From the NCBI GenBank assembly GCA_028534125.1, contig CM052818.1:29576001-29640000 (forward strand): a stretch of DNA of 64,000 nt. Direction: 5' to 3'. Position numbers and translations under genes: made by a program. The notes under the pieces were generated by a model. It saw only the letters and a program-made list of their open reading frames with translations. It was not told the origin of the DNA and ran no database searches. Of this stretch, positions 39,548 through 51,590 are shown piece by piece (position 1 is the stretch's first letter; each line of letters opens with the position of its first letter). The DNA is from Lama glama. Lineage: Eukaryota.

Positions 39548-39594
39548 TGCGCGTGCGCATGTGTGTGCTCGCGAGCACACGCGCGTGCACACGC
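39548..39594. repeat. CpG-rich alternating purine/pyrimidine imperfect palindrome
   Basis: Perfect 18-bp palindrome gtgtgctcgcgagcacac (39563-39580), extended by imperfect arms. Confidence 0.85.
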
Positions 39595-40201
39595 TCTCCT
39601 CTCCATGGGTTTCGAGGGCCGCAAGGCCACTGTGACAAGCTTCCTCTTCCCTCTTCTTTCCAGGGAAGGCTTGGGAAACAGCAGGAACTCCAGGCAAGCA
39701 GCTTTGACTTCCTAGGACGTAACACCATCCTCCAGACCCAATGGGACTGTCCAGGGGGAAGGGCAAGAATGGAAACTGGCCCGCGGAGGCTGGATCCTGA
39801 GGGATTGGAGGTGTGTTTCCATGACCCGAAGGAGGGGCAGACAGGGCTGGGGCTCAGTGGAGTGGCGGGGGGAGTCAGTGGACAGAGCCAGCAGCATCCT
39901 CCCCCTCCCCAATCTGAACTCTCAGAAACCTGGCCTTGAGTGGGGCCATCCTCTCTGGAGAGCAGGACCACCCAATGAGTACAGGAAGAGAGATCAATCC
40001 TCTTGTTTTGTGCTCTGCCCTCAGTGCAATTTAAGAACAAGAGTAAAATTTCGGTGAGCATAACTTGTAGAGCAAAGCTACCTCAGCCTCAAACAGAATT
40101 TCCTTCAGCACCGTTGGTTTTTGAAATAGACCTTTATCAGAACACAAAAGCATTCATTCTCCAAGCATGGATAGTTGGAATAAGTGAACACTGATAAAAA
40201 A

Positions 40202-42455
40202 CAGAGGTTAGCAAACTTTTTCGATTGAAGGCCACACAGTAAATATTTTAGGTTTTGCAGGGCAAGAATAAAGGATATACTTAAAAGAAAATGTCTCACT
40301 GATTTGACAAAATTTGAAAAATAACAGGGTACAATTATTTGTAATATAAGCCTCCTAATGTGAAGAATGATACCCTATTCGGGGGATGACAATTTGCTTA
40401 ACTGTGCTTCAAAGTCAGTGTCCCTTATCAAACTCAATTGTAAATGTTAATCTGTCAATACTGATCTGTAATGCAATTCTACGTACTTCATCTTTGCAAT
40501 GTCTTTTCACACAAACAGGCAATACCAAATGCTGACAACCATAAGCACAGGATTTTAGTTAAGCATATTCATCACCAGTCTGGCATTTAATACATTCTGT
40601 TAAATGTTTCTCTTGATATTTTTCTTTTAGCATGTCATTATATTGCAGATTCTTCACTTCCAATTGAAATTACGTAGAAGTTCCTCATTTGCACAGTTAA
40701 ATGGATTTGGAAATACAGAAATTTCCTTAGTACTTGCACTGAGGTCTGAAAACCTCTACTGGTACTTAGTTTAGGAAATGTATCCACTATAACCTGTTTT
40801 GGGAACAGAGATCTCTTATTTTAACTTTTGACATCATAGAAGTACCTTAACAGCTTGATATTACTAGTGAGTCAAATACTGGCTGTCATCTAAATGACTA
40901 CTTCAATATTAAGTTTTACCTGTAAGTTGTTTTGCCTTGTAGTTTTAAGTTGAATTCATTATAAAGTCCGCAGCGAAAGCTTATGTCCAAAGCTTTCAAT
41001 GTTCAAAAATACTGGCTACAGGCAGTTCTTCCTGTTAAGAATTTTCATCTCAGCACTGAGCATAATAATTTTTGCAAAGAACCAACAAACACTTTTACTA
41101 CTGTTAAGCCATCAGACTGTTTGCGTAGTACAGCGAATGAGGATATCCAGCTTCCATTTCCAACAAAAATTCAAAGGACTACCCTAAGAGAACAAATAAA
41201 GTTCACTGGCATCACCTGTTCAACAGCAAGACAAATTCAAGTATTTTGGAAGTCCTGGCGATAACAACAGCCAAAGTCTTTAAATACCTTACATTTTCAC
41301 AAGCTTTGTAGATTTATCCAACTAAACCTTTTTCTGCTTTGCACACATTTTTGTCACCATCTAAACCATCTTAGCAGATTCCACTTCAGACTGTACTGAA
41401 TTCATGTTTTCTTAATTTCTTTGAAAATATTCTCACCTGCAGCTGTTCTCTACAGGACATTCAAAGAGGCTCTTTTCTGTCCCTTCAAACTCTACATTGA
41501 TCCCTCAAGAAAACAGCAACTGAGCCATACTGGTAGTTATCTGTCATCTCATCAAATGCCAAGGAAAACCATCCAAAACCATTTGCCTTGTTAATTAACT
41601 ACTGACACTGAGCCCAGAGTGCTCAACTCTTCTCACAACTGTTCTCCCCTTAAGGCTCATGGTCTGAACAGTTTTGTTCTCTCTGAACACATTTCTTCAG
41701 CTGCTGCAATCAAACATGTTTTCATTAACTCACCATCAAATGGCTTTTCTGGCTGGGCTAACAAACAAGCCACTTGGAAACTTACACTGGCTGCACCTCA
41801 TTTTCAGTTTTTATTTTTGGGAAGAAACTCGGTGGTAATGAGATACTTTGGTTTTAAGTTTTCCCATTTTTTGCTGTTGCCTTCCTGTGAGCTGGACATA
41901 TTGTAATGAGTGCTTAATCTGCTGATGGAGATGTATATTCTTTCAGGGCAGTCATCCTGTCATCACGTAATAAACACGATGTTTTGCCATCTCATCAGTA
42001 ACAAAGTAACCCACACTCCACTGTGCCTTTAAAGCACACCACTCAGAGCCGGCTTTTCTCCTCCTTGTTTTGACATCAAGGAAATGCAATGATCATAAAG
42101 AAGTCACATGTCACTGTACAGCAATACACATGGCAGTCAACACTGTTGAGTGATACCCGCGTCACTGACGTGCAGTGCTTGGGGCAGCAGGGCTAAGTGA
42201 CGAGGGAGCTCTACGCAGCCTCTGTCACAACTGCTCAACTTTTTGCTAGTGCAGCCAGAAAGCAGCTATAGACAGCATGTAAACAAATGAGCATGGCTGT
42301 GCTCCAACAACACTTCACTTCTGGCAAAGCTCATGAAACTTAAGTTTCATAAATTTTCACGTTATATGTCATAAAACATTATTCTTTTGATTTGTTTCAG
42401 TCACTTTAAAATGAAAAAACATTCCTACTCACAGGCAGTACAAAAACAGGCAGCT
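40202..42455 (-). mobile_element. Near full-length Cheshire-like hAT-Charlie DNA transposon with decayed transposase
   Basis: Left end cagaggttagcaaacttttt...gtaaatattttaggtt and right part resemble the two halves of MER58. Minus strand shows ATG at 42076 (MSKQ...), FSLAFDEMTD...AQLLF (~41510-41570) and V*WLNSSK (~41095-41118), which are hAT transposase motifs broken by stops and frameshifts. Confidence 0.8.
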
Positions 42456-42804
42456 AACTATCGATCTACATGAGATTTGGATCCATCCGCACGCTTATGT
42501 CATCATCAGAATCTTACCCCTTCCGTTTGAGGAAGGTGGACAGAAAGCAGAATACCACTGGGTCTGTGAGGGAGTGGACGTGATATCAACAAAGAATGAA
42601 GAAAAGCGGGATTAGAGATGTCACAGATAAATCTTGCCCATTTCACACACTTTTTGCCGAGGTCTAGCCCATTTGCCTCCAGAGAAGCTTCGAATGACAA
42701 ATTCCCTGACACCTGATTACTGGTCCGGTTGTTATCACGGTAACCACCACCATCTATGGACTAACATTCCAAGTAATGATCCTGGAGCTTTACTGTTAAA
42801 TCCT

Positions 42805-42940
42805 CTCTATAATATTATGGCATAGGTGATATTATTCCCCAGTAAGAACACTGAAGTTCAGACAGAGTACATGATTTCCCACCAGTCCTACTACTGGTAA
42901 ATAGCAGAGCAGGAATTGAACTCTGGCCTGTCTGATACTT
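42805..42940 (-). mobile_element. MIR SINE
   Basis: taggtgatattattcccc...actgaagttcaga...gtaaatagcagagcaggaattgaactc. Confidence 0.65.
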
Positions 42941-44664
42941 AACACTGTTGTGGACAGCCCAGGGTAGCGTGTTCCAGGAAACAGCAGATGAGGCCAGGAA
43001 AAAAAAAATCAGTCCTTTAGCAAAGAACAGCCCCTCTAACTGGGAAGATCATTCTCTTTGACCAAGACTGAGGGTTACTAGGGGCAGACATGGTTCAGAG
43101 AAGAAAGCCAGCCACACCCTGTAAGAGCAGGAATTGAACTGCACAGCCTCATCACCTCCTGCTGGTAAAATAGCAAGGACACAGACCCCGTGCAGAGACA
43201 CCTAGCTTTAGGTGAGCATGATTTCCATCCTTTCTGTGTGCCTGCTCCAGGGTCGCAGGGGAAAACGTCTATCCAACTTAACTCTCCCATCCTATTCCTG
43301 GGCCGTCTTCCTTAACATGCTGGCCTGGGAACCTGCCAATAAGATAAGGATTGAGTGCCCAAATCTCCCCAGTAGCTCAAACTAGATGGATAAAGGAAGC
43401 ATTGGTTAGATTGCTAGAACTTATTAAGGAGCATTATCATAAGCCATTAATACTTCAATGTTAGTCTTCTAAGCTTTCATTCCAATTTCTGGTTGTGCTA
43501 GTTACTTAGAAAAGAGAAAAATGAATGGTTGTGGGGAGAGTGAACAGGTTGGAGAAGTATATAAAAAGGAAGGGTTTGATCTAGTTTGATGTATGCTTTG
43601 AAAGAGGTAAGGTTTGGAGAGGCAGAAGGGACACATGACAACAAGACAGGGAAGAGAACTACCCAAAGTCAGAGTGGGGCTGAGTGTTAGGGTCACAGAT
43701 AGAAAGTATGAGACATGATGCTAGAGAAACACAGTGAGCTTAAGGCAGTCAGAGTAACATGAATCTAAGACTACAGGAACCAAACCCCCAATGAATAGGG
43801 AAATATTTCAAAACAAGATCTGGGGAGCTATCAGATGTAGCCCCTGTATAAAAGATAAATCCAGTTGAAGAGGTTAGAATGGGAAAACCAGAAAAAAACT
43901 ATAGTGGTAGTCAGAAAGAGAAACACACTCTTTTGTGTTTCTGTTCTTCTTGATCTTTTCAAGCATATCTGGATAGCCCACAGCCTTGTGAGACAGAGAT
44001 AGTGTCTCCCTGTGGAGCAAAGGGCTGATTTGTTTTTGTCCAGGAAAAGAGAAAGAACATCTCCTTCAAGATTAGGCAAGGCTTGCTAGCAGCTCCTTGT
44101 AGAAAATGGGATTTCCTAAGCTCAGGGTTCCCTGCTTGTGACACAAACCCATCAAGTCAGCAGCATGCCATCTGGCCGTTTCCCCATGGGACTTAGGAGC
44201 TATGGGGAGCCAGCGTGCACATGAAGGTCACGCTACCTGCTGTGCCGTAATGAAGTCCTCGGTCTCTGGCTCGGGATTCTCGAGTTTTCTGTCATCATCC
44301 CTGAAACTGTGGGAGGCTAACTTGTTAGCTTGCAATCAGGACAAGATCTCACACTCTTCAGTTCTTAAAAAGCTACCACCAGACTGATGTCTGAGGTTAG
44401 CAAGTTTGCAAGATACAAGGTCAACAAATATACATCAAGTGTTTTTCTATATATTAGCAGCAGATTACTAGAAAATTCTCTGTAAAACTTTATTCCATTT
44501 ACAGAGTCAAAAGCACACAACCATTAGGAAGACATTTAACAGAAGATACTTTAAACTGTCTACACTGAAAACTACAAAACATGAGTAAATGTGTAGATAC
44601 ACCATGTTCATGAACTGGAAGAACGGGTAATGTTAAGGTGTCAACTATTCCAAACTGATCTACA

Positions 44665-45088
44665 GCAGCAGTTTTCTAACTCTGTGCTCTGGGTTCCTTG
44701 ACGTTTTTCAAATAACTAAGGATTCTGGAAAGCTTCAATTTATGTGGGTTACATAAATTTTACCATGTGGAAAGTTTTAAATGAAAATATTTTAAATTAA
44801 TACTCGTTAAATGCTAACACTTTTATGAAAATTCATTCCTCCTAAATTTTAGTTAAAATATTTGCACTGCTTTGTATTTCTGCAAGTATTTTTAATGTTT
44901 ACCACAACAGAAGATAACTGGATTTTCCTGTTTCCATTTCTGTATCCAGTCTATCACGATATTGCATATTATACAGCTTTTGGAAAACTACCGTAATCTC
45001 CTTAGAGAATGAGAGGAAGAAAGCAAATAATGCCTTAGTATTATTATGAAAATAGTTTTGACCTGGTAAACACCAGAGTTTCCAGATT
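44665..45088 (+). mobile_element. hAT-Charlie MITE (Charlie4a/MER80-like) nested in L1
   Basis: cagcagttttctaact...tttatgtgggtta...cttagtattattatgaaaatagttttgacct. L1 text resumes across it (gatctaca|gattcaa). Confidence 0.6.
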
Positions 45089-45689
45089 CAAGACAATGCA
45101 AACTGTAATCCCACTGTGCTTTAAAAAAAAAAAGATAAACAGGACAAGCTGATTCTATAATTCATATGGAAATACAAAGGGTCTACAAACTTCAAAAAAC
45201 AGTTCTGAAAATCAACAAATTTGGAAGATTTACAAAATTTGATTTAAAGACTTACTTTTGAAAGTACAGTGTTTAGAACAGTTTGATCCTAGTGTAAGGG
45301 TCAACAAATAGAACAGGCTAATAATTACCACAAAGAATCACACAAACATAAGCTGAACTGATTTTTGATAAAAGGTGTCAAAGGACTCTGACAGGGAAAC
45401 AGACTTCTCACAAAATGATGCTTAAACAACTAGACATCAGGGGGGACAAAAAGAACCTGAATCCTTGCACACAATTCAAAGTTAATCACAGACTTAAATG
45501 TAAAAGTTAAAACTGTAAGATTTCCAGAAGAAATTTGACTTCAAAATTAAGAATTCTTGCTCAAAAGACATTAAGTTATTGGACTAGGCACAAATGGGAA
45601 GGGAAAAAAATGCAGTGTTATGCCTAACAAAAGACTGACAGCCAAGATTTTTTATCAAAAATATTCTTATTTTTTAAATCTTTTAAAAA

Positions 45690-45816
45690 AAAATTTGCCA
45701 AGAAGATAATTAGGTTCATCCATTTATTACTTTTGGTGGAGGTCCTGAGGATTGAACCCAGGACCCTGTGCATGCTAGGTGCATGCACTCTACCACTGAG
45801 CTATACCCTTCCCACC
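45690..45816 (-). mobile_element. tRNA-derived camelid SINE (Vic-1-like)
   Basis: Reverse strand reads gggaagggtatagctcagtggtagagtgcatgc...cagggtcctgggttcaatcctcagg with Pol III A/B boxes, then aacctaatta and an A-rich tail. Confidence 0.85.
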
Positions 45817-48800
45817 AAAATTATTTATTGCTACTATACACTCAGAAGGAAGATAAACATTCAGAAGACTGACAATATCATATGTTGGCACAGATATCGA
45901 GCAACTTTCAGTGGGAGAGCCAAATAGTACAATCACTTTGGAAAAGGCCTGAGTTTCTTAACAACCTAAACATATACCTACCTTACAACATAGAAATTCC
46001 ATTCCTAGGTATTTATCCAACAGAAATAAAAGCATATGTCCACAAAAAAGACTGAAAACAACCAAGGTGTTCAACAGATGAATAGATAAACAAACTGGTA
46101 TATTGATACAATGGAATACTACTCAGCAATGAAAAGGGATGAACTACTTATTCAGATGACAGTATGAATGAATTTCAAAAACAGTATGGTGAGTAAAAGA
46201 AGCCTTACACAAAAAGTACAGTGGGTATGATTCTATGTATACAAAGTTTCAGAATAAGGCAAACTATCATGAAAAGAACAGAAGAGCAGTTTTCTCTGGG
46301 ATAGAGGGTAGGATTGCGTGGGAAAAGGCAGAAAAGACCTCTTAGGCAATGTGTATACATTTCTTAAAATTCAAAAGGTGCACGTAAAAACTGAGCTTTT
46401 CAGTGCATGTAAAACTTACATGTAAGTGATAAGCATATACTGACCTCTAGTTAATGATATGTGTACTAAAGCATTTACAGGTAAAACTTACTGGTGATGT
46501 TGCATCTTCGTCTCAAAAGCATCAAGGAACCAGGATGGATTGATGGATGAATGAACACTGTAGTTCCAAGGTGAAAAAGCCACCACAAGATTTTTGGTTA
46601 GGAGAATGAAATTTTTCTTAAGTATAGACTAAATTACACTCCATAACCAGTTTGATTATTTTGTCCCTAATCATCTCCCAAAAGGGGATGAAAGGAACAT
46701 GCAAAACATCCTTGTTATTGTTCGATGATCTGATATAATCAAGTACATGGCAGCAATTAGTTTTCAGTTTTCATTTGTTCAACTGTCCACCAGACCCATT
46801 TCAGAAAAAAATTTATGAAAATACAATTTTTAATTTTAAAAAACCTGTCACATGCAAGAGAACTCCAGCTGCTACAAAACATGAGTTTTTAAAAATGTAA
46901 ACACTGTGCTTTAATTTGAAAACCAGAAGCCCTTCTGACCCCAATTTTCTTTAGAAAATGAAAATTATTCTCCCTCTGATCACTGTTATTCAATACCACA
47001 AATATTTCAATCTTAACCATTAGAAATGCATTTTAACCCCCAAAATTCTGACTTTTAAATTCAGTGCTACTCATGGCCTTTTCAAGTTCCCAGTCCTCCC
47101 TCCTTCCTACACCCATCACACACACACACATATCCTCAAGGTGTTTACACACAGTCCAAGTTAAAATGTAAACCTTAATGGAAAAATAATCGTCATTACA
47201 CTTCGGGCTTAAATTATTCCCAACAAGAACCAAAAGCAACCCATAACTGAAATCCACAGAAACCTATCCTGAGTGCATTTATTCCTACAGATACTAGAAT
47301 TACACACCTCTGTGTGTCCTAGGACTCCAGTGACTTTTAAGAGGGAGGAGTTAGGAAAGAGATCCCTTTTACCACTGTCATTTAGCCTCTCCACCTTTAT
47401 TTCCTCTCATCCGCTTCTAACAACTTCAGAAATTCTCATCCCATCATGCACCAGCCTGTAAACTAACATAAATAATCCCTGGTTTTAGCACCTGAACAGA
47501 AGAAGTGTAAAGCTTGTGGGAGTGAAACGGAGCCTACAGTTTAAAAATAGGCCTATGTGCACAGTCCAAAGTCAGCTTGCAAGGGAGGAGCTAGGAGGAA
47601 TTTCTGACATTGCCTGAACCAACACCTAGATGAACTTGGATTTCTTATTCCAAACTTCTCTTGCCTATTTCCTTTTTTAAAGAACTGAATGAAAGGCCAG
47701 TCTCCCTGCCAGAAGTCTAGGAATAGACCATCTTCATATTTGTCCTAGACATATCTGAAGTCTAGAAGGCATCTCTCCATTTCTCAGGGGTGTGTCTGAT
47801 TTATTTTCAGAAATTCACGCCACTTTCCTCTGTCTCAGTCAGAAAGCTTTTATGCTCTCATTTTACTGCTCCAAAGTTAGTTTCAAAAGCCCACTGTAAA
47901 GCTGAATGGAAAACCTTCACCCCTGCCTGCAAAATCATCGTATGATTTCCTTACGTAACATAGTTGGTATATGAACACATGTATACCCCTAACTGAACAT
48001 ATCCCTGTACATTTCCCACCTCTTTAGACCCAGACTTCCTAACCACAAACCTCTCAAATCCGAAGGCTAAGAGTGAGTCTTTGGCTCAGCATTTTTAGTC
48101 CTATAGAGCTTCTCTGTCTTCCATCTCAGTGTGTCAGTTCAGCCGTTATACTCGGCACCACGGACCTAGCAAGTCTGAACCAAAAAAGGAGTCCCTTTAA
48201 GGTGTCTGAAATCAGATCCCAAGGCTCACTTGAAGTTTCCATGTTCATTCTTTTGATTTATAGGTCTCATTACAGGGGAAGGCTGAAATAGCTCTCCTCT
48301 TTCTCTCCACTAGTGGCTTCAAAGCACTGTATGCTTGGTTACCCAAGTACATTAAAACTAATTTAAATCATCTTAAGCACCAGTGTGCTCAACAAACCAG
48401 AAAAGACCCTGGAATCCAAAATATATGGTCACATTTTATACTTAATGGGACACAAAGTAGGAAATCCATCAACATAATGGTATAGTTTGTTACACGTACA
48501 GGCAAAACGTTCCTTAAACACTGTTCTACCTAATACCGCCTTATAAAGACAAAATCTACACTGTCCTGCTCCTGAAAGGCAAACTTCATTTAATGAAGAT
48601 CACTTGAAAGGATAATGCAAAGAGACCTTGGATGCACATGTCCATGAAAAGAAAAACGCCTGCATTTGTGTAAACCACAGGTAAAATTCACAAGTTGGCA
48701 CTACACACTTTCCATCTTCTACTTGAAGCACTGTCACTTCAGTGCATGCGTGTCACGGCACCTTCTAAGCTTAAAAGGAAATGCTTTTTCTCCTGCTTCA

Positions 48801-49479
48801 TTTATACTAAACTGACATACCCAGAATAAAATAAAAATAGGAACAATTGAATTAGTACCAGTTAAACAGTTTCTGGAATCGAAAGTGTAACCAAAAAACT
48901 TGATACTGCTTTTCTGTGTTAAAAACCAAAATATGAAACTCAATAAAAATTGTTTCTTAATGTGCTATTATTAACACAAACTATCAACTTTGGAATACAT
49001 GAAATGAAATGAATCTTCTTGCATATTTATTACAGAGCTGTTATATATGATTCCATATCTAGAAATATTCCAGAACATTTATTTTTCCAAAAAGGAAAGG
49101 GAAAAAAAAAAGCTTGATTCAGTGGGAAGAACTAGGTTTAAAAGTCATTCAAGTTATTTTCGTCCTGGCTTTGCTCAGGCAAATCACTTACACTGCGGAA
49201 GCTTTAGTTTCTCATCTGCAAAAGAGGTAGGTCAAATTCACTTCTAATTTCCTCTAAGCCTCTAAGACTCTATAATCAATAGCCTTTTGCAGGAATTAGT
49301 CTCTTTGAAACAATAGCTTTTAATGCTAAATATAATTTCATTACTAAATGCTTATTACTTTCATAAACATTGGTAACTTTCTATATACTTCCTTATAGAT
49401 AGTTATTACTGGTCTACAAGAACTTCAGGAAGACCATGAAACACTTCTCATTTACCAGTTACCACTCTGAGGAAGTGGA

Positions 49480-50355
49480 GAAGCCCCTATTTATCCAGGG
49501 AAGAGTAACTGGAAACCAAAGACACAGACACTTCTAGGTATCCAACTTTTTACTGAGAATCAAGCTGAAAGAGCTCCCAATGGTCAAAGGCGGAATAATT
49601 GAACAAAATAGCGATCATATAACCTTAAGAATAAAATGAGGCTAAATTAATATAAATAAATGACTGAATAAGTAGGGGAGAAGGGACAAATCCTTGAAGA
49701 ATTACAAATAATGTATGAAGATACGTCCCTGTTCCCTCCCCCCACATAGGCAGAGCTTAATTCCCTCCCCCTGAATGTGGATGGTATTTAGTGATTTGCT
49801 TCCAAAGCATCAAGTATGAAATGTGAAAATATTAACAGTGGACGAATCTGGCAGACATTACCTTAACCACGGGATCAAGGTAGATATCACCAGTGATAAT
49901 TCATGTTCCTGACACATACCCCTCGTATGATGTGGTAAAAAAGGCACTTCACCTTGGCAGTATTCTTCTCCCAAATCCATGAGCCCAGTCTAATCACAAG
50001 AAAGCATTGATAAACCCAAAATAAGAGACATCCTACAAAAATACTTTCAAAAGTGTCAAGGAAGACTGAAAACCTGTCAGGTTATACAGGATTAAGGAGA
50101 TGTGACAACTGAAAGACAATGGTACCTTGGTTTGGATCCTGGAACAGAAAAGGGACATCCATGGAAAAACTAGCACAAATCGGAATAAAGCCTGTGGTCC
50201 TCAACACTCTACCGAAGGGAACGTCTTAGTTCTGACAAATGTGCCATCGTTACACAAAAGGTAACACTAGGAGAAAGTGGGTTAAAGATGGGAATTCCTC
50301 GTATCAGCTTTACAACTTTTCTGTAAAACTAAAATTACTCCAAATCAAGTATTCA
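49480..50355 (+). mobile_element. L1MC/MD-type 3'UTR fragment
   Basis: ccttaaccacgggatcaagg, ccagtctaatcacaagaaa, ggatcctggaacagaaaagggacat and acaacttttctgtaaaactaaaattactccaaa. Confidence 0.75.
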
Positions 50356-51069
50356 TATAACAAATCAAGATTTTTAAAAAACATTTCGAGTCAACTGCAC
50401 TACATGGTGACAGACTCCACATTAACTCACTCAATTAAAATATGACAATAATCCAAGGAATTCTGAAATACGTTTAATAAAATAAACACTAACACCTTGT
50501 AGATGTTCCCAAAAGTCTAAGAGATACATTCCTAATTTTAAAACACTATTTCATAACATAATAACTCATGATTTTGTGGAATTATAAAGAAAATCCTCCC
50601 ATTTTCCATAAAACTCTCCCCGGTGCAAGAGGTATCCATTAGGTACTTGGACTTCCTCACCTTTTACCTTCAGGCCTGCACTATAAAGAAGAGGACTGGA
50701 AAAAGAATCCACAAAAAAAATAAAAAAGAAAGAAAAAGAATCCAGGAAAAAAAAAAAAACAAAAACCAGTCGAGTCCATGACCTTGTGGGCAAAGTATCT
50801 TCCTGAAGAGTCAACAAGGGAGAACACTGCCACTGAACCTCTTGCGGAACTGGAAATTTCCCACGACCCAAGGAGACTGGCATCTGCGCCCTAGTCAGAC
50901 ATGTGCAGGCGGTGCACTGAGTGACGTGCCCCCTTTCCCAGCCTGTCTGCACGGGGAAGAGAACTAGAGCAACCCAGCAGAATGGAGCAGAGAGCTGTCG
51001 GAGAACAGCCTGCACTTCCAGCAACGGTAGGGCAAAGAAGAGTGACCTTCCGTGAGCTAAGTGGACATT

Positions 51070-51590
51070 ACAGAAAATGAGTGGGGCAGTGACAACATCT
51101 TGGGTTGGCCCCAGTGTTTTCTTCTTCCTGGGCATCCAGAGGGGTACATTTCCCAGCCTTCCTTGAAGCTACGTTAGGACCTTGTAACTAACTTCCCCCA
51201 GTGGCAATGTGCGTGGAAGACACTTTCTACTTCTCACTACAGGCAAGTGAGAGTGGGTATGGAGCAATTCAATGCACTAAAACCAGTGAGTTAGTACACT
51301 TTAAATGGGTGAATTACATGGCATGTTAATACTATCTTTAAAAAGCTGTTACCAGAAGAAAAAAAAAAGTGGGTGTGAGTCTGAGCCATCTCTCCTGAAC
51401 TCTGCATTCAAAGGGAAGAACCAGAAGACAAGGCGCTGCAAACAGAAGCAACTGGGCCTTTGACTCACCTCTGGAGAAGAGTCAGCACGGTGGGCCACAA
51501 GTGCCACACGGGACTGGGACATGAACGTGTTAAGCTACTGTGATCATATTTGTTACCACAGCATAACTTGGTCTATTCTACCTAGTATGA
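51070..51590 (+). mobile_element. Old MaLR MLT1 LTR with nested L1 3' tail (51262-51365)
   Basis: tacatttcccagccttccttga...ttaagctactg...tttgttaccacagcataact. The nested tail is flanked by agagtgggtatg (51250-51261) and aaagtgggtgtg (51366-51377). Confidence 0.7.

Larger units (their letters stand above)
44385..46555 (+). mobile_element. Old L1M (MB/MC-type) ORF2 3' half and 3'UTR, interrupted by a hAT MITE and a SINE
   Basis: gcaagtttgcaagatacaaggtcaac, tacactgaaaactacaaaac, ttccattcctaggtatttatcca and atacaatggaatactactcagcaat. Confidence 0.8.

Noticed and set aside
39426..40061. 211-aa minus-strand ORF and overlapping ORFs
   Set aside because: GC-rich patch with ORFs in several frames, includes the RY repeat, and shows no protein-family resemblance or clear exon boundaries.
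45740..45812. tRNA-like sequence
   Set aside because: It has A/B boxes but is followed by a SINE body and A-rich tail, so it is a SINE head and not a tRNA gene.
50566..51135. 189-aa minus-strand ORF with hydrophobic stretch
   Set aside because: The Phe-rich segment is just a translated poly(A) tract, and the ORF starts in an MLT1 LTR.
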